DNA from: an uncultured virus (IMG/VR IMGVR_UViG_3300023110_001306)
Lineage: Duplodnaviria; Heunggongvirae; Uroviricota; Caudoviricetes
Strand: one strand, 5' to 3'
Length of the DNA: 64,000 bases
IMG/VR virus record: IMGVR_UViG_3300023110_001306
Location: 1 to 64,000 of that record
The notes beneath the pieces are model-generated. The model searched no databases. It saw nothing but the letters and a program-made list of their open reading frames with translations, and was not told the origin of the DNA. Below are positions 39,189-49,064 of this stretch, piece after piece (the stretch's first letter is position 1; every line of letters starts with the position of its first letter). The translations under genes were made by a program, and so were the position numbers.

Positions 39189-40208
39189 TTAGATAGATTC
39201 GTACAATTTAATGCTGGCTAAGTTTTTGGCTTTAGATTCTACCATAATATCTGCACGATCACGGAATGAAAGAGCCCATTCGTTAACTGCCGAATTCCAC
39301 ATAAAGTCGGAGTGAGCACGTAGTTTCTGCTTCTTATAACCGTTCATAAGCAGATATTCCATATCAGGCATTTCATCTGTAGGCCATTCTGTAAGTAGAT
39401 CTTCACGTGATACTGAGTAGTGAATAACAGGACGCACACCACGCCAACTATCAATTATGCGATCAAATCTACGATCGGTGGGTTGAATGTATTCTCCACT
39501 AGCGACCCAGTGGTGGTGTATGTCAAGAACGAGTGCGACGTGGTTGGCAAGTTCCAGGCTGGCGTCGATGCCCCAGGACATTTCGTCATTTTCAATTGTA
39601 ATACAGTTTCGTGCTTCTGGAGACAGTCTTGGAAGGACGTCGATGATACCGGCTGGACCTTGTCTGCCTGAGATGTGGACGTTACACTTGAAGTCTTGCC
39701 AATTGTTACCGTAACCCATCCACCTGGCGATGTCAATGTGATACTCAAATTCTTCTATGCTCCGTTCAACGATATCAGGATTATCTGACGCAAGTACAGT
39801 AAACTGACCAGGATGCATAGAAAGCCTAACATCCAGTTCACGAGCCTTTGCGCCGACGTGAGCCAAGTTCCTTTCACAATATTGTCGTACATCAGGCTTG
39901 CGCCAGAAATAACTCCAAGTAGGCTCAGTATAAACAGGTAGGACGTCACTTCCCAACCTAACCATACGTAATTCATTCGGTAGTCCTCCTACATAGTTAA
40001 CAAGGTTCCAATAACTTTGTATGTTATGAACCATAATGTCCCATAGACGCTGTTCAGCAACATCACGTGTTTGCCTATTCAACCAAGCAACAGTTGTTGC
40101 TTTTGTATTTAACGGTCGTTGAATCTCCTCTAGCAGTTTCTTCTTCTGCGTTTGATCAGGATGCATATATTTGCAGGCAAAGCCTATACGTTTCGTAGTC
40201 GATTCCAT
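39189..40208 (-). CDS. uvsE: UV DNA damage endonuclease
   Basis: RIGFAC, RLSMHPGQFTVL, ITIENDE, LVLDIHHH, HYS and RAHSD motifs. Confidence 0.92.
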   Translation of the reverse strand: MESTTKRIGFACKYMHPDQTQKKKLLEEIQRPLNTKATTVAWLNRQTRDVAEQRLWDIMVHNIQSYWNLVNYVGGLPNELRMVRLGSDVLPVYTEPTWSYFWRKPDVRQYCERNLAHVGAKARELDVRLSMHPGQFTVLASDNPDIVERSIEEFEYHIDIARWMGYGNNWQDFKCNVHISGRQGPAGIIDVLPRLSPEARNCITIENDEMSWGIDASLELANHVALVLDIHHHWVASGEYIQPTDRRFDRIIDSWRGVRPVIHYSVSREDLLTEWPTDEMPDMEYLLMNGYKKQKLRAHSDFMWNSAVNEWALSFRDRADIMVESKAKNLASIKLYESI

Positions 40209-40885
40209 GTGTCTTCCCAGTTTTTAATATTATAGCAAATTCCTAGATCGTTGTCAATGATTTGTTTTTTCAAAGGATAGTCATTTCCTTCAGGATACAT
40301 AGCATCACCAAAAAAGTGTAGTGTATCATTTGGACTAAAATCTCTTAAGATTTGTGATTTGTCATTGCCTTTTGGAAAAACATCAATGCCTGTTTCACCG
40401 CCAACCTTAGCACTTATCTCTGGGAACATAGTTTCGAACGCTCTTGCTATTCTATCTCGTTCGTTTATCCTTAAATCATGCTCTACATATAGTTTACGTT
40501 CACCTACAGTAGCATTACGTCCTACTACACTAAAATTACACATACCAGGTCTATGCTCAAAGTGTAGTCCTGTACGTAGTGGGAATTCGCTTTCGTTCAT
40601 GCATTGTGTTAAAAACTGTTCTGCTATTTCAGGTAATTTCCAATCTGTTGTATAAACATTAGTTCCTGCTTCGTAAACATCACTGCCTGAACAGTTGTAA
40701 ACTTTTTTAACATTTTCGCAAATGTCAGAACCAATTTGTTCAACAGTTTTTTCGTAATCACTGCCTGTTACAAGATATACATTATTTGAATATGTAAATT
40801 CTAAAAACCAACGTTGAAACTCAACGTTCATTTTTTGACGACTCGGAGTCAGAGTACCGTCCACGTCAAATATGAATCTTTCCAT
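40184..40885 (-). CDS. HAD-IIB phosphomannomutase-like enzyme (eukaryotic PMM family)
   Basis: FDVDGTLTPSR, TGSD, EHRPGMCNFS..GR, GGETGIDVFPKG.DK and FFGD...GNDY motifs. Confidence 0.85.
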   Translation of the reverse strand: MERFIFDVDGTLTPSRQKMNVEFQRWFLEFTYSNNVYLVTGSDYEKTVEQIGSDICENVKKVYNCSGSDVYEAGTNVYTTDWKLPEIAEQFLTQCMNESEFPLRTGLHFEHRPGMCNFSVVGRNATVGERKLYVEHDLRINERDRIARAFETMFPEISAKVGGETGIDVFPKGNDKSQILRDFSPNDTLHFFGDAMYPEGNDYPLKKQIIDNDLGICYNIKNWEDTWNRLRNV

Positions 40886-41038
40886 TTACTGCTTTTTCCT
40901 TACTTGTGGCTTAGGTTTACGTTCTTGCGGTTTTTCTAAAATGTTACGAATTGTATAAAGTTGTTCAATAACATCTTCAACTAGGTCTATGTCACTTGGC
41001 TTGTCTGTATCAAGATCAAGTTCTATTTTAATTTTCAT
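40886..41038 (-). CDS. 50-aa hypothetical protein (not in the ORF track)
   Basis: MKIKIELDLDTDKPSDIDLVEDVIEQL...; fills the gap between coupled genes. Confidence 0.55.
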   Translation of the reverse strand: MKIKIELDLDTDKPSDIDLVEDVIEQLYTIRNILEKPQERKPKPQVRKKQ

Positions 41039-41693
41039 TTTGTTGTCCGTCTAAATATATATGAATTTTCTTTGCTCTATCTTTTACAAGTGTTGTATAA
41101 TCAGGATTAGTACTCCACTTGTTTAAAAAATCTATTTGTTTATCTATATCAAAATTGTGATCGTTAAATTGTTTTACACGTTCTGCTCTAAATTCTGTGT
41201 AAGCCGGATGGGTGTTAATAATTCTAATCATGTCTTTAACACTTGCACATTTACTTCTATACTTTTTAACACCAAAGTCGGCATCAGGTAAGTCAATCGG
41301 TTTTAATTGAGGTACGTTAGGATCCCAGGTTCTAATGCCAAAAAGGTTATTTCCATCTCTTGCAAATCTACTTTTGCCATAGCCTGTTTCAAGCACAGCC
41401 ATTGCTATAATAATATCTCTATGAATTCTTTCTCTAGGTTCAATACCTAAGTTCCAAAAGTCAACACAACGAGCAACACCTTTAACAAATTGTTCGTCGG
41501 TAGTATAATCAATTGCAGGTTCTAAAAATCCAAACTCAGACCATTCGTTTGCAAATGCTTTTTGCATTTTAGCAGTCCATTTGTCTGTAATCCAATGATT
41601 AGGAAACCAAGTGCCTAGCCCAAATGTAGAAATAATCACAACTACACCTGCAAGAAAATATGTTATTTGTTTTTTGACTTTTTTACTAATCAT
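41028..41693 (-). CDS. GH73 glucosaminidase with an N-terminal membrane anchor
   Basis: AMAVLETGYGKSRFA..GNNLFGIR ... WSTNPDY. Confidence 0.85.
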   Translation of the reverse strand: MISKKVKKQITYFLAGVVVIISTFGLGTWFPNHWITDKWTAKMQKAFANEWSEFGFLEPAIDYTTDEQFVKGVARCVDFWNLGIEPRERIHRDIIIAMAVLETGYGKSRFARDGNNLFGIRTWDPNVPQLKPIDLPDADFGVKKYRSKCASVKDMIRIINTHPAYTEFRAERVKQFNDHNFDIDKQIDFLNKWSTNPDYTTLVKDRAKKIHIYLDGQQNEN

Positions 41694-41701
41694 ATGACTA
41701 T

Positions 41702-41730
41702 ATTATAACTAACTTTGTTTGAAAAGTCAA
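41702..41730 (-). promoter_or_regulatory. Sigma70-like promoter
   Basis: TTGACT-17 nt-TATAAT. Confidence 0.75.
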
Positions 41731-41733
41731 GTC

Positions 41734-42435
41734 CTATTTCCAATTTTCTTTGCACCAAGGATCAATGCAATCTTTTGGATTCGGATCACCATGAAAAACT
41801 GCAACACTTGTTTCGGGTAGAATTTTTGGTACGCCAGGAGAGACAAAGTTGCGTTTACCTGTAATACGTGTCATTTCGGGTCTGCCACGCATTTCCCATT
41901 TATAACTTTGTATCCATTCGTCAGGCCAAAAGTTAAATTCTGAACGAACATTTTCATATAGCCAATCTTGATCTCCATGATATCTTTTTGAATGATATCC
42001 AGGCTGTTCCATAAACCTTTGATATACAACCTTGTGTTGTCCTGTTTCTAATCTAAATATACTAGAGTTCATTCGAGACCATGTCGATTGCATTGATCTA
42101 TTAAAATCTCTAATAACACAGAACTCACCTGCCTTATATGTAAACAGTTTATCTATGTTATCAAAGATAATAACATCTAGATCAATATAAAGTACTGTAC
42201 CATGTATTCCTAAATTAGGATTAAAGAACATAGTCTTGTACCACCAACCATTAATTTCAGGATGCTTTTGAATAGGCATAACTTGTATGCCCGGGTTAAT
42301 TCCTGTAGCATCTTCTGTAAAGCAGACAAAGGTATGAGGTACTGTTAGATTACGACTAACCATACTATGCAAAGTGTTTACATACTCAGCACTATATTTG
42401 TTACCGTATTTTAAGCAAACAACATAGTTAGCCAC
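41734..42435 (-). CDS. GT-A fold glycosyltransferase
   Basis: VCLKYGNKYS..YVN.L, YIDLDVII (DxD), GDQDW and FHGDPNP motifs; GTG start with GGAGG. Confidence 0.8.
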   Translation of the reverse strand: MANYVVCLKYGNKYSAEYVNTLHSMVSRNLTVPHTFVCFTEDATGINPGIQVMPIQKHPEINGWWYKTMFFNPNLGIHGTVLYIDLDVIIFDNIDKLFTYKAGEFCVIRDFNRSMQSTWSRMNSSIFRLETGQHKVVYQRFMEQPGYHSKRYHGDQDWLYENVRSEFNFWPDEWIQSYKWEMRGRPEMTRITGKRNFVSPGVPKILPETSVAVFHGDPNPKDCIDPWCKENWK

Positions 42436-42445
42436 TGTGCCCTCC

Positions 42446-42997
42446 TTACATTGATGTATTTACTGGACCGTATGATTTAGTATTCATTGCTTTCATAGGA
42501 TTAGCACCCAAACTTAACGTTACCCTTGGACCTATAATCATAGGTTTGTGATTTGTTAGTCTTGGTAATAAAATTGCATCACCCGGATTTAGTGTGTAGA
42601 TTGTTTTTTCTTGAGTATCTTTATCAGTTACTAAGTAAGCAACCTGTCCGTATCCTTGAATTAGTAATACAGTTTCATAGTCATTATGAAGCATTAAACT
42701 ATTGTGTGTGTCACTCATGCTGTAAAATAAACTAGCATTGAAGTGAGTTTCAGTTTCGTGTCGATCATAGTTTGATTGGAAGTCAAGCATATACTTTTGC
42801 AATCTCTTATCAGATCCAACATCGGGCAAGTGCGATCCGCCTCTTGCTAATTCATCGACATTAGTAATTGTTGCTTTGTATTGATTTACTTCTACAAGAG
42901 TTTCAAAATTAATATCGTTTTTTGCATCGGGAAAAGCATTACGATAAACAGCAACGTTTAGATTTTTACGATCTTCGTTTACTTGACTCCAATCCAT
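42446..42997 (-). CDS. JmjC/cupin-like 2OG oxygenase
   Basis: HND...LIQGYG...LNPGD...PRLTNH...RVTLS; likely start MDWSQ. Confidence 0.65.
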   Translation of the reverse strand: MDWSQVNEDRKNLNVAVYRNAFPDAKNDINFETLVEVNQYKATITNVDELARGGSHLPDVGSDKRLQKYMLDFQSNYDRHETETHFNASLFYSMSDTHNSLMLHNDYETVLLIQGYGQVAYLVTDKDTQEKTIYTLNPGDAILLPRLTNHKPMIIGPRVTLSLGANPMKAMNTKSYGPVNTSM

Positions 42998-42998
42998 C

Positions 42999-43448
42999 TT
43001 ACGCCTCGTAGATTGCAGAGTTAGCACCGTGTTCTGCACATTCTACCTTAACGCAATAACAACGATTATCTGTCTTTTCTCTAATTAGTTTGTCTGCAAA
43101 ATTAAATGCGTGTTCTGCAAACTTCTCTGCACCAACACCATCAAATATTCTTAGTTCTGCTAGACCCAGTGCTTCTAGTTTTTGTAATTCTTCTAAAAAT
43201 GGATCTGCTCGATCTACTGCTACCTTGTGATCAAAACTATCTTCTAGCCAAGCCTTTAGTGGTTTTAGTCCTCCAAAGTCTACTGCCCAGTTTTTGTTAT
43301 CTAGTTCATCACAACCAAATGTGAATGTAAATGCTAGACTGTAACCGTGTAGTAGATGGCAATGTGAATGATCTGCGTTTGGTTGTCTAAAGACTGCCGA
43401 TAGGCCAATATTATGACCATAATGTTTTGTACTGTAATGTTTACCCAT
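42999..43448 (-). CDS. queD: 6-carboxy-5,6,7,8-tetrahydropterin synthase (QueD/PTPS family)
   Basis: HCHLLHGY, VDFGGLK, FDHK, AEKFAE and EHGANSAIY motifs. Confidence 0.85.
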   Translation of the reverse strand: MGKHYSTKHYGHNIGLSAVFRQPNADHSHCHLLHGYSLAFTFTFGCDELDNKNWAVDFGGLKPLKAWLEDSFDHKVAVDRADPFLEELQKLEALGLAELRIFDGVGAEKFAEHAFNFADKLIREKTDNRCYCVKVECAEHGANSAIYEA

Positions 43449-43454
43449 TATTAA

Positions 43455-43496
43455 CTCCTATATATAATGGCGGCAGAATTAGAAGGGGTGACGCCA
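43455..43496 (-). promoter_or_regulatory. Candidate pseudoknot/riboswitch in the queD 5' UTR
   Basis: TGGCG/CGCCA stem; the loop sequence CTTCTA is complementary to the SD TAGGAG. Confidence 0.45.
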
Positions 43497-43520
43497 AGTC
43501 CTATATTAAACATATTGTAT

Positions 43521-43549
43521 AGTATATACAATTTATTTGCTTTTGTCAA
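43521..43549 (-). promoter_or_regulatory. Sigma70-like promoter of queD
   Basis: TTGACA-17 nt-TATACT. Confidence 0.8.
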
Positions 43550-44144
43550 GTCTTTTGTGGTACGTATTAAAACTTATAGTTACTCGTTTTGTAGTTGTGT
43601 TTGGTGTTGAATAGTGATACAACCAACTAGGAAACAGTATTAACAGTTCGCTTCTAGGTTGAAACTCCATATTATTAGTTGTATAATACGTAGCCTTGTT
43701 GTGTATTTCAGCCATTTTAGGTCCAAGTATAGGACTTTCAAATACTAGTGGCGCACTACCTTCTTCAACAATTGGATAATATGCTCCGCTAATAATTGAT
43801 AACTCGTGCCTGTGTTTGTTGATTACACCTTGTTCCTCTTGTATGTTAAGCCAACTCTTTCCAAGTTCTACAATGTCAAGACCTGCATCTTCACAATACT
43901 CGTCAAGACAATCCTGAATGCCTGTTCTTACTTTTGTTAATTCTTTCGAATGTAGAAAGTTCATTTCATGTTGGCTAGAAGTTTTACCATTGCCAATATC
44001 ATCAGGCCATACAGTTAGGTCTTTGTAGTTGTTTAGATATTCTTTTTCTTCAGTGCCAAAAGGAACTTGGTACACCTGTACTAGTGTAGGAAAGATATCA
44101 TATGTTGCTTTTCTAAACGTTCCGTCAACTATCGACGCTCTCAT
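43533..44144 (-). CDS. Putative 2OG-Fe(II) oxygenase (TIGR02466-like)
   Basis: HRH..SIISGAYY ... FPSWLYH ... RVTISFN. Confidence 0.8.
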   Translation of the reverse strand: MRASIVDGTFRKATYDIFPTLVQVYQVPFGTEEKEYLNNYKDLTVWPDDIGNGKTSSQHEMNFLHSKELTKVRTGIQDCLDEYCEDAGLDIVELGKSWLNIQEEQGVINKHRHELSIISGAYYPIVEEGSAPLVFESPILGPKMAEIHNKATYYTTNNMEFQPRSELLILFPSWLYHYSTPNTTTKRVTISFNTYHKRLDKSK

Positions 44145-44775
44145 GCTTTTCCATCCTATAATCTCTTAGAGTAGAGTAGTAATCTCTGTCCATGTGTCGA
44201 ACTGTATTAAAACTAATTGTATATCTTTTTTGTGTAGGATTTCTAGGAACACTATGTCGCAACCAACTTGGGAAAATAACTAATAGTCCTGTCTTTGGCA
44301 TACATTCAATTTCGTAACGATTATAATTTGTAAGGTTGATACTGTTAGTGTTCATAAAGTTTGCTTGAATAGGACTTTCAAGAATTAAAGGCGAACTGCC
44401 TGGATCAACATAAGGATAGTATGCTCCACTAATAACACTTCTTTCGTGTCTGTGAGCATCAACTAAACCACCTTCATACAAACAATTAAACCAACTAGTA
44501 CTAAGCAATGTATAATCAATACCTGCTTCTTGTGTATAAATGTCACAGCACTCTTGAATTGTTTTCCATAGGTCTGTTAGTCTTTTGTCATTTAGGAATT
44601 GTTCGTCACCTTTAATATAACTACTTTGGCCTTCGTGAACTAATCTATGATTTCCTGTTGCTTCGAACTTTTCGATTAATTCTAAAACTGTTTTTTCATC
44701 TTTGTGTCCTTCTAATTCAAAAGTTGAGATTAGAGTAGGAAAAGCCTGATGATGAACAAAATCAATTGCTGACAT
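44125..44775 (-). CDS. Putative 2OG-Fe(II) oxygenase (TIGR02466-like), tandem paralogue
   Basis: HRH..SVISGAYY ... FPSWLRH ... RYTISFN. Confidence 0.8.
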   Translation of the reverse strand: MSAIDFVHHQAFPTLISTFELEGHKDEKTVLELIEKFEATGNHRLVHEGQSSYIKGDEQFLNDKRLTDLWKTIQECCDIYTQEAGIDYTLLSTSWFNCLYEGGLVDAHRHERSVISGAYYPYVDPGSSPLILESPIQANFMNTNSINLTNYNRYEIECMPKTGLLVIFPSWLRHSVPRNPTQKRYTISFNTVRHMDRDYYSTLRDYRMEKHESVDS

Positions 44776-45334
44776 TAAAAACTCCTATATCTAAATTCTT
44801 TAAGTTACTGTACTTATCGGGCCAGATTTTTTTATTGTAATTCCTGAACTTAATATTGGGAAAGTTCTCTATTACTTTGCCTATTTGGTAAATCCAATAA
44901 CTTGGATCAACAGGCTTTTTGGTTTCGGCATCGTAGTTTTTAGTTCCTTTATAAATGTTGTTTACAAACTTTGTTTCGCTATAAAGATCAAATCCGATTA
45001 GATCTACAGTATCTTTGGTTAGCATAGCACCAAGCAATACTGCATAAGGTCCGCTACCCCAATGCCACGGGTCATCTGGCCTAATCCATTCTGATCCACT
45101 ATAAGGTAATTGCGGTAGTGTATGCACTTCATTAAATTGATTACTCCAGTCTTTCCTAGTCCAGATCACGCCTTTATAACCACCAGTTTGTGCTTCAATA
45201 ACCATGCGTTTATCACAGCATACTAGATGATCAACAGCATAGTCTCGATATACTGCATTACATCCTACTTTAATACCAGTATATTGTCCTATGTCAATAC
45301 CTTTTCTAGACTCTCCGTTGCCAATTACAAGCAT
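44762..45334 (-). CDS. DUF115/MptE/sialyltransferase-like Rossmann-fold protein
   Basis: VIGNGESR...GCNAVYRD...DHLVCCD...SG...LIGFD; likely start MLVIG. Confidence 0.65.
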   Translation of the reverse strand: MLVIGNGESRKGIDIGQYTGIKVGCNAVYRDYAVDHLVCCDKRMVIEAQTGGYKGVIWTRKDWSNQFNEVHTLPQLPYSGSEWIRPDDPWHWGSGPYAVLLGAMLTKDTVDLIGFDLYSETKFVNNIYKGTKNYDAETKKPVDPSYWIYQIGKVIENFPNIKFRNYNKKIWPDKYSNLKNLDIGVFNVSN

Positions 45335-45378
45335 AGCAATATTTAATAAATACAATAGTTACAAGGAATAATACTGAA

Positions 45379-47499
45379 ATGACAGCGGCATATTACGATT
45401 TTTTTAGACAAATAAGACTCTTTAGTCAAGATGGTACTCTACTGCATACTATGGAAGCAGATAGTACTACAGACTATGTAGATATCCTACCTGGTGAAGG
45501 TGTACGTTGGAACAACGTAAATGACTCAACAGTTGATGGGTTTGTTCTTGATGTCCAGTATAACTTCGAAGTACCCCTTGCTTCAACTACTTTACGATTG
45601 TCAGATGTAAATGCAAATGCTAAAGATATTGAATTAGTTGCAGGAACTAATATTAGTATTGTTCGTAACAATAGTGGTAGATTAACATTTTCAGCACTAG
45701 TTGGTGGTGTTAGTAAAAGTATTCAAACTATTACCACAACAAATCCAGTTAGAATTACAACAGTTAATCAACACGACTTTGCGGAAGGTACTCCGGTAAC
45801 TATTGTAGATGTTGTTGGTACAACAGAATTGAACGGTAATGAATACTTTATGGACATTATCGATTCAACAACATTTGATTTATACACAGACGAAGATAGA
45901 ACTGTTCCACTAGATGGTACAGCATTTACAGCATACGTTTCGGGTGGTGTTGCTACTGCTGACTATGGTGGTGCAAAACAAGCATTTAAAACAATCGCTG
46001 TTACAGGGCAATCTCCTATAGTAGCAGACAACGTTCAAGACACGTTAACAATCACTGGCGGCGGAGGTATTGATATTACAACATTCCCCGGTAGTGATGC
46101 AATGACTATCGAAATTGACACAAACGTTATTACATCAACAGGTAGTCAAACACTAGTAAACAAAACACTAGCATTCCAAAACAACACGATTACAATGTTG
46201 TTAAGTGAATTAAACACGGCAGTTACTGATACAGATGTTGTTGGTATTGATGAAACACAAACACTTACAAACAAAACACTAACAGCACCAGTTATTTCAA
46301 GTATTAGTAATACAGGTACGTTAACACTTCCAACAGATACTGATACACTAGTTGGTAGAGCAACAACAGATACACTTACAAATAAAAGTATTGACTTTAA
46401 TGATAATACTGTTACAATGACGTTTGCTCAGTTGAATACTGCAATAAGTGATGCAACAGTTGTTGATCTAGATGATTCTCAAACACTTACAAATAAGTCA
46501 ATTGATGCAAGTAACAATACACTTTCAAACATTGCAAACTCGTCATTAACAAACAGCAGTATTACTTTTAGTGACGGTACTACTACAGACGCAACAGCAT
46601 TAGGCGGAACATTTACAGTTACCGGAGGTACAGGACTTACGTCAACTGTAAGCACTGGTGCAGTAACACTTGCTATTGATACTACAGTTGTTACATTAAC
46701 AGGAACACAAACACTGACAAACAAATCAATTGATGCGAGTCAGTTAACAGGCACAGTTGATAATGCTAGACTTGACCAACAATTACAAGATGTTGCAGGA
46801 ATGACTCCAACAGACAGTAATTTTATTGTTGGTGACGGTACAAACTTTGTATTAGAATCTGGTGCAACAGCAAGAACAAGTTTAGGTTTAACTATTGGTA
46901 CAGATGTACAAGCCTGGGACGCAGACCTTGATGCACTTGCTGGGTTAACTTCTGCGGCAGATAAAGGAATTTATTGGACTGGTGCTAATACTGCTGGTAC
47001 ATTTGATTTTTATAACATTGGTAGAACATTCTTAGGTGCAACTAACGTAGGTAATGCCGCTGGTTCACAGCGTAAGTTATTAGGTTTAGATAATGACGAC
47101 AATGTTACACACGGTAGTTTAGGTGTTGGTACTACAGCAAGTGGTACAGCAGGTGAGATTAGAGCCACAGATAACATCACAGCATACTATTCATCAGACA
47201 TGGCACTAAAAGAAAATATAACAGTTATTGATAATGCACTTGATAAACTTAAACAGTTAAACGGTGTGTTCTTTGACTGGACAAAAGAATATATGGATAA
47301 ACGTGGAGGCGAAGATGGATACTTTGTCAAGAAGAAAGACACAGGTATTATTGCACAAGACGTAGAAAAAGTATTACCTGAAATTGTAAGAACCAAACAA
47401 GACGGGTTCAAAGGCGTACAATACGAAAAACTTGCTGGATTACTAATCGAAGCAATTAAAGAACTAAACGAAAAAGTAGATAATTTGAGGAAGTCATAA
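45379..47499 (+). CDS. Tail fibre with TQTLTNK repeats and a C-terminal S74 intramolecular chaperone
   Basis: Repeated (S/T)QTLTNK(T/S); YYSSDMALKENI...LNGVFFDW...GIIAQDVEKVLPE...YEKLAGLLIEAIKEL. Confidence 0.85.
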   Translation: MTAAYYDFFRQIRLFSQDGTLLHTMEADSTTDYVDILPGEGVRWNNVNDSTVDGFVLDVQYNFEVPLASTTLRLSDVNANAKDIELVAGTNISIVRNNSGRLTFSALVGGVSKSIQTITTTNPVRITTVNQHDFAEGTPVTIVDVVGTTELNGNEYFMDIIDSTTFDLYTDEDRTVPLDGTAFTAYVSGGVATADYGGAKQAFKTIAVTGQSPIVADNVQDTLTITGGGGIDITTFPGSDAMTIEIDTNVITSTGSQTLVNKTLAFQNNTITMLLSELNTAVTDTDVVGIDETQTLTNKTLTAPVISSISNTGTLTLPTDTDTLVGRATTDTLTNKSIDFNDNTVTMTFAQLNTAISDATVVDLDDSQTLTNKSIDASNNTLSNIANSSLTNSSITFSDGTTTDATALGGTFTVTGGTGLTSTVSTGAVTLAIDTTVVTLTGTQTLTNKSIDASQLTGTVDNARLDQQLQDVAGMTPTDSNFIVGDGTNFVLESGATARTSLGLTIGTDVQAWDADLDALAGLTSAADKGIYWTGANTAGTFDFYNIGRTFLGATNVGNAAGSQRKLLGLDNDDNVTHGSLGVGTTASGTAGEIRATDNITAYYSSDMALKENITVIDNALDKLKQLNGVFFDWTKEYMDKRGGEDGYFVKKKDTGIIAQDVEKVLPEIVRTKQDGFKGVQYEKLAGLLIEAIKELNEKVDNLRKS

Positions 47500-49064
47500 T
47501 GCCCCTTCCTACCACCGGCGCACTATCACTAGACGACATTCAACAAGAATATAAACAGGCCGCAAGTGGCACTGAAGTTGCTCTTAATGATTATAGAGCC
47601 TACTATGACACATCAAAAATCTTTGTATTTTTAAGCCTTACAAATGGCAAACTAGCAATTGGTAGTTTTACCGCAGATCAAGATGTTTATTATCCATTTA
47701 ATCGAATTGAAATAGTTATTAGAGCAGATTCTACACTTACAGGCATTCCGGTCAGGATTAGCAGTAGTGACGAAAATGGCAATGCTGATCTAATAAGTTC
47801 TACAAATGGTGTAACAAATAACAATGCAGACACAGGAAATACTATGATTGCTGTTGACGGAACAAACAGTTATTTTGATAGTTTAACATCAGCCGGGCCA
47901 AGCACTAACTCTTTTTATGTAAAAACTGATACTGCTAGTCACGGATCTTTTAAATTTAGATTTTATCCTGATGTTCCAAGTGGAAATTTAGTATATAGGC
48001 ACTCACCTAGTTGTGTAATTAATATTCCAACAAACATTCTCGGAGGCAGTGAACTTACTTTAGCAAACAACGGTAATTATTTTGCTATTGATAGTAATAC
48101 TAGTTTTGCTTCAATGTTAAAGAATGGAAGATCCTGGTCATTCCAGATGACGTGTGATCCTATTCCTAGTTTATATAGTGGGGGATCATATCTTGCAGTA
48201 TACATTGGACCATTCTATCTTGCGACAGCAACTGGCGCGGCACCATACACATACTCATTTGGCACAGCATTTAATATGGCTTGGCGACAAACAGGCAGTT
48301 ATGTTGGGGGCGGCGGATTAGCCAACAACGCTAATAACGTAGCACAGGTTATTGCGGCTAACACAGGCCAGGCAACACTCGGTGGTGCTGTTACTGGAAT
48401 AACGCTATCATGGACGCGAAGCAACTCTTTATTAACCGGCACTATTACAAACAACAGTGGAAGTGATTACTTGGTTGGAAAATATACAGGAGGCGGCACT
48501 AATAGATTTATGCCTTGTACTGTTGCTTATACCGATGCAAACACAGCGAATACATTTACTAATAGTAGTACTACTTGGGGAGACCCTCATGTTAGACAAG
48601 CATACGGAAGTTCTTTAAGTTTTCAAGTCCAATTAACATATACCGATCAAGGTAGTCAACAAACTCAGTATGTTAGAACAGTTAATTGTCCCCATGGTGC
48701 AACATTTGGTACTGTTAGAACAACTATTAAAGAAGCCCTTAAAGAAGTTTATTATACCGGTGATCCTAGATCAATAAATCCGCCACAAGCAGATTATCCT
48801 ATTTTTGATTTTGAAGATGTAGCAGGTGGATTAAAAGTAACAAGAGTTGGTGGTAGAGGAACACTAACAGGAACAATAACTTTTATTGATACAAGTCTTG
48901 CAACAGTACAACTTTCAAATGATGTAACAACAGGCGCGGCAAATACCGGCATTACTTACACAGCCGCAGGAAGTCTACAAGCAGACGTTACCAATAACAA
49001 TGTTGAAAGATCACTTTTAAATATGTCAGTTGAAGATTATAGGGGAGGTGCAATTGATGTATAA
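47499..49064 (+). CDS. Fibre-associated adhesin / receptor-binding protein candidate
   Basis: MPLPTTGALSLDDIQQEY N-terminus typical of genes following S74 fibres; Gly/Thr/Asn-rich body. Confidence 0.65.
   Translation: MPLPTTGALSLDDIQQEYKQAASGTEVALNDYRAYYDTSKIFVFLSLTNGKLAIGSFTADQDVYYPFNRIEIVIRADSTLTGIPVRISSSDENGNADLISSTNGVTNNNADTGNTMIAVDGTNSYFDSLTSAGPSTNSFYVKTDTASHGSFKFRFYPDVPSGNLVYRHSPSCVINIPTNILGGSELTLANNGNYFAIDSNTSFASMLKNGRSWSFQMTCDPIPSLYSGGSYLAVYIGPFYLATATGAAPYTYSFGTAFNMAWRQTGSYVGGGGLANNANNVAQVIAANTGQATLGGAVTGITLSWTRSNSLLTGTITNNSGSDYLVGKYTGGGTNRFMPCTVAYTDANTANTFTNSSTTWGDPHVRQAYGSSLSFQVQLTYTDQGSQQTQYVRTVNCPHGATFGTVRTTIKEALKEVYYTGDPRSINPPQADYPIFDFEDVAGGLKVTRVGGRGTLTGTITFIDTSLATVQLSNDVTTGAANTGITYTAAGSLQADVTNNNVERSLLNMSVEDYRGGAIDV

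Noticed and set aside
39420..39976. Several alternative-frame ORFs within uvsE
   Set aside because: uvsE is visibly more GC-rich than its flanks, which lowers stop frequency; the ORFs have no motifs or initiation signals.
46140..46730. Recurrent ACACTTACAAA-like DNA repeats
   Set aside because: They encode the TQTLTNK fibre repeats in frame, are degenerate and irregularly spaced, and do not form a CRISPR array.
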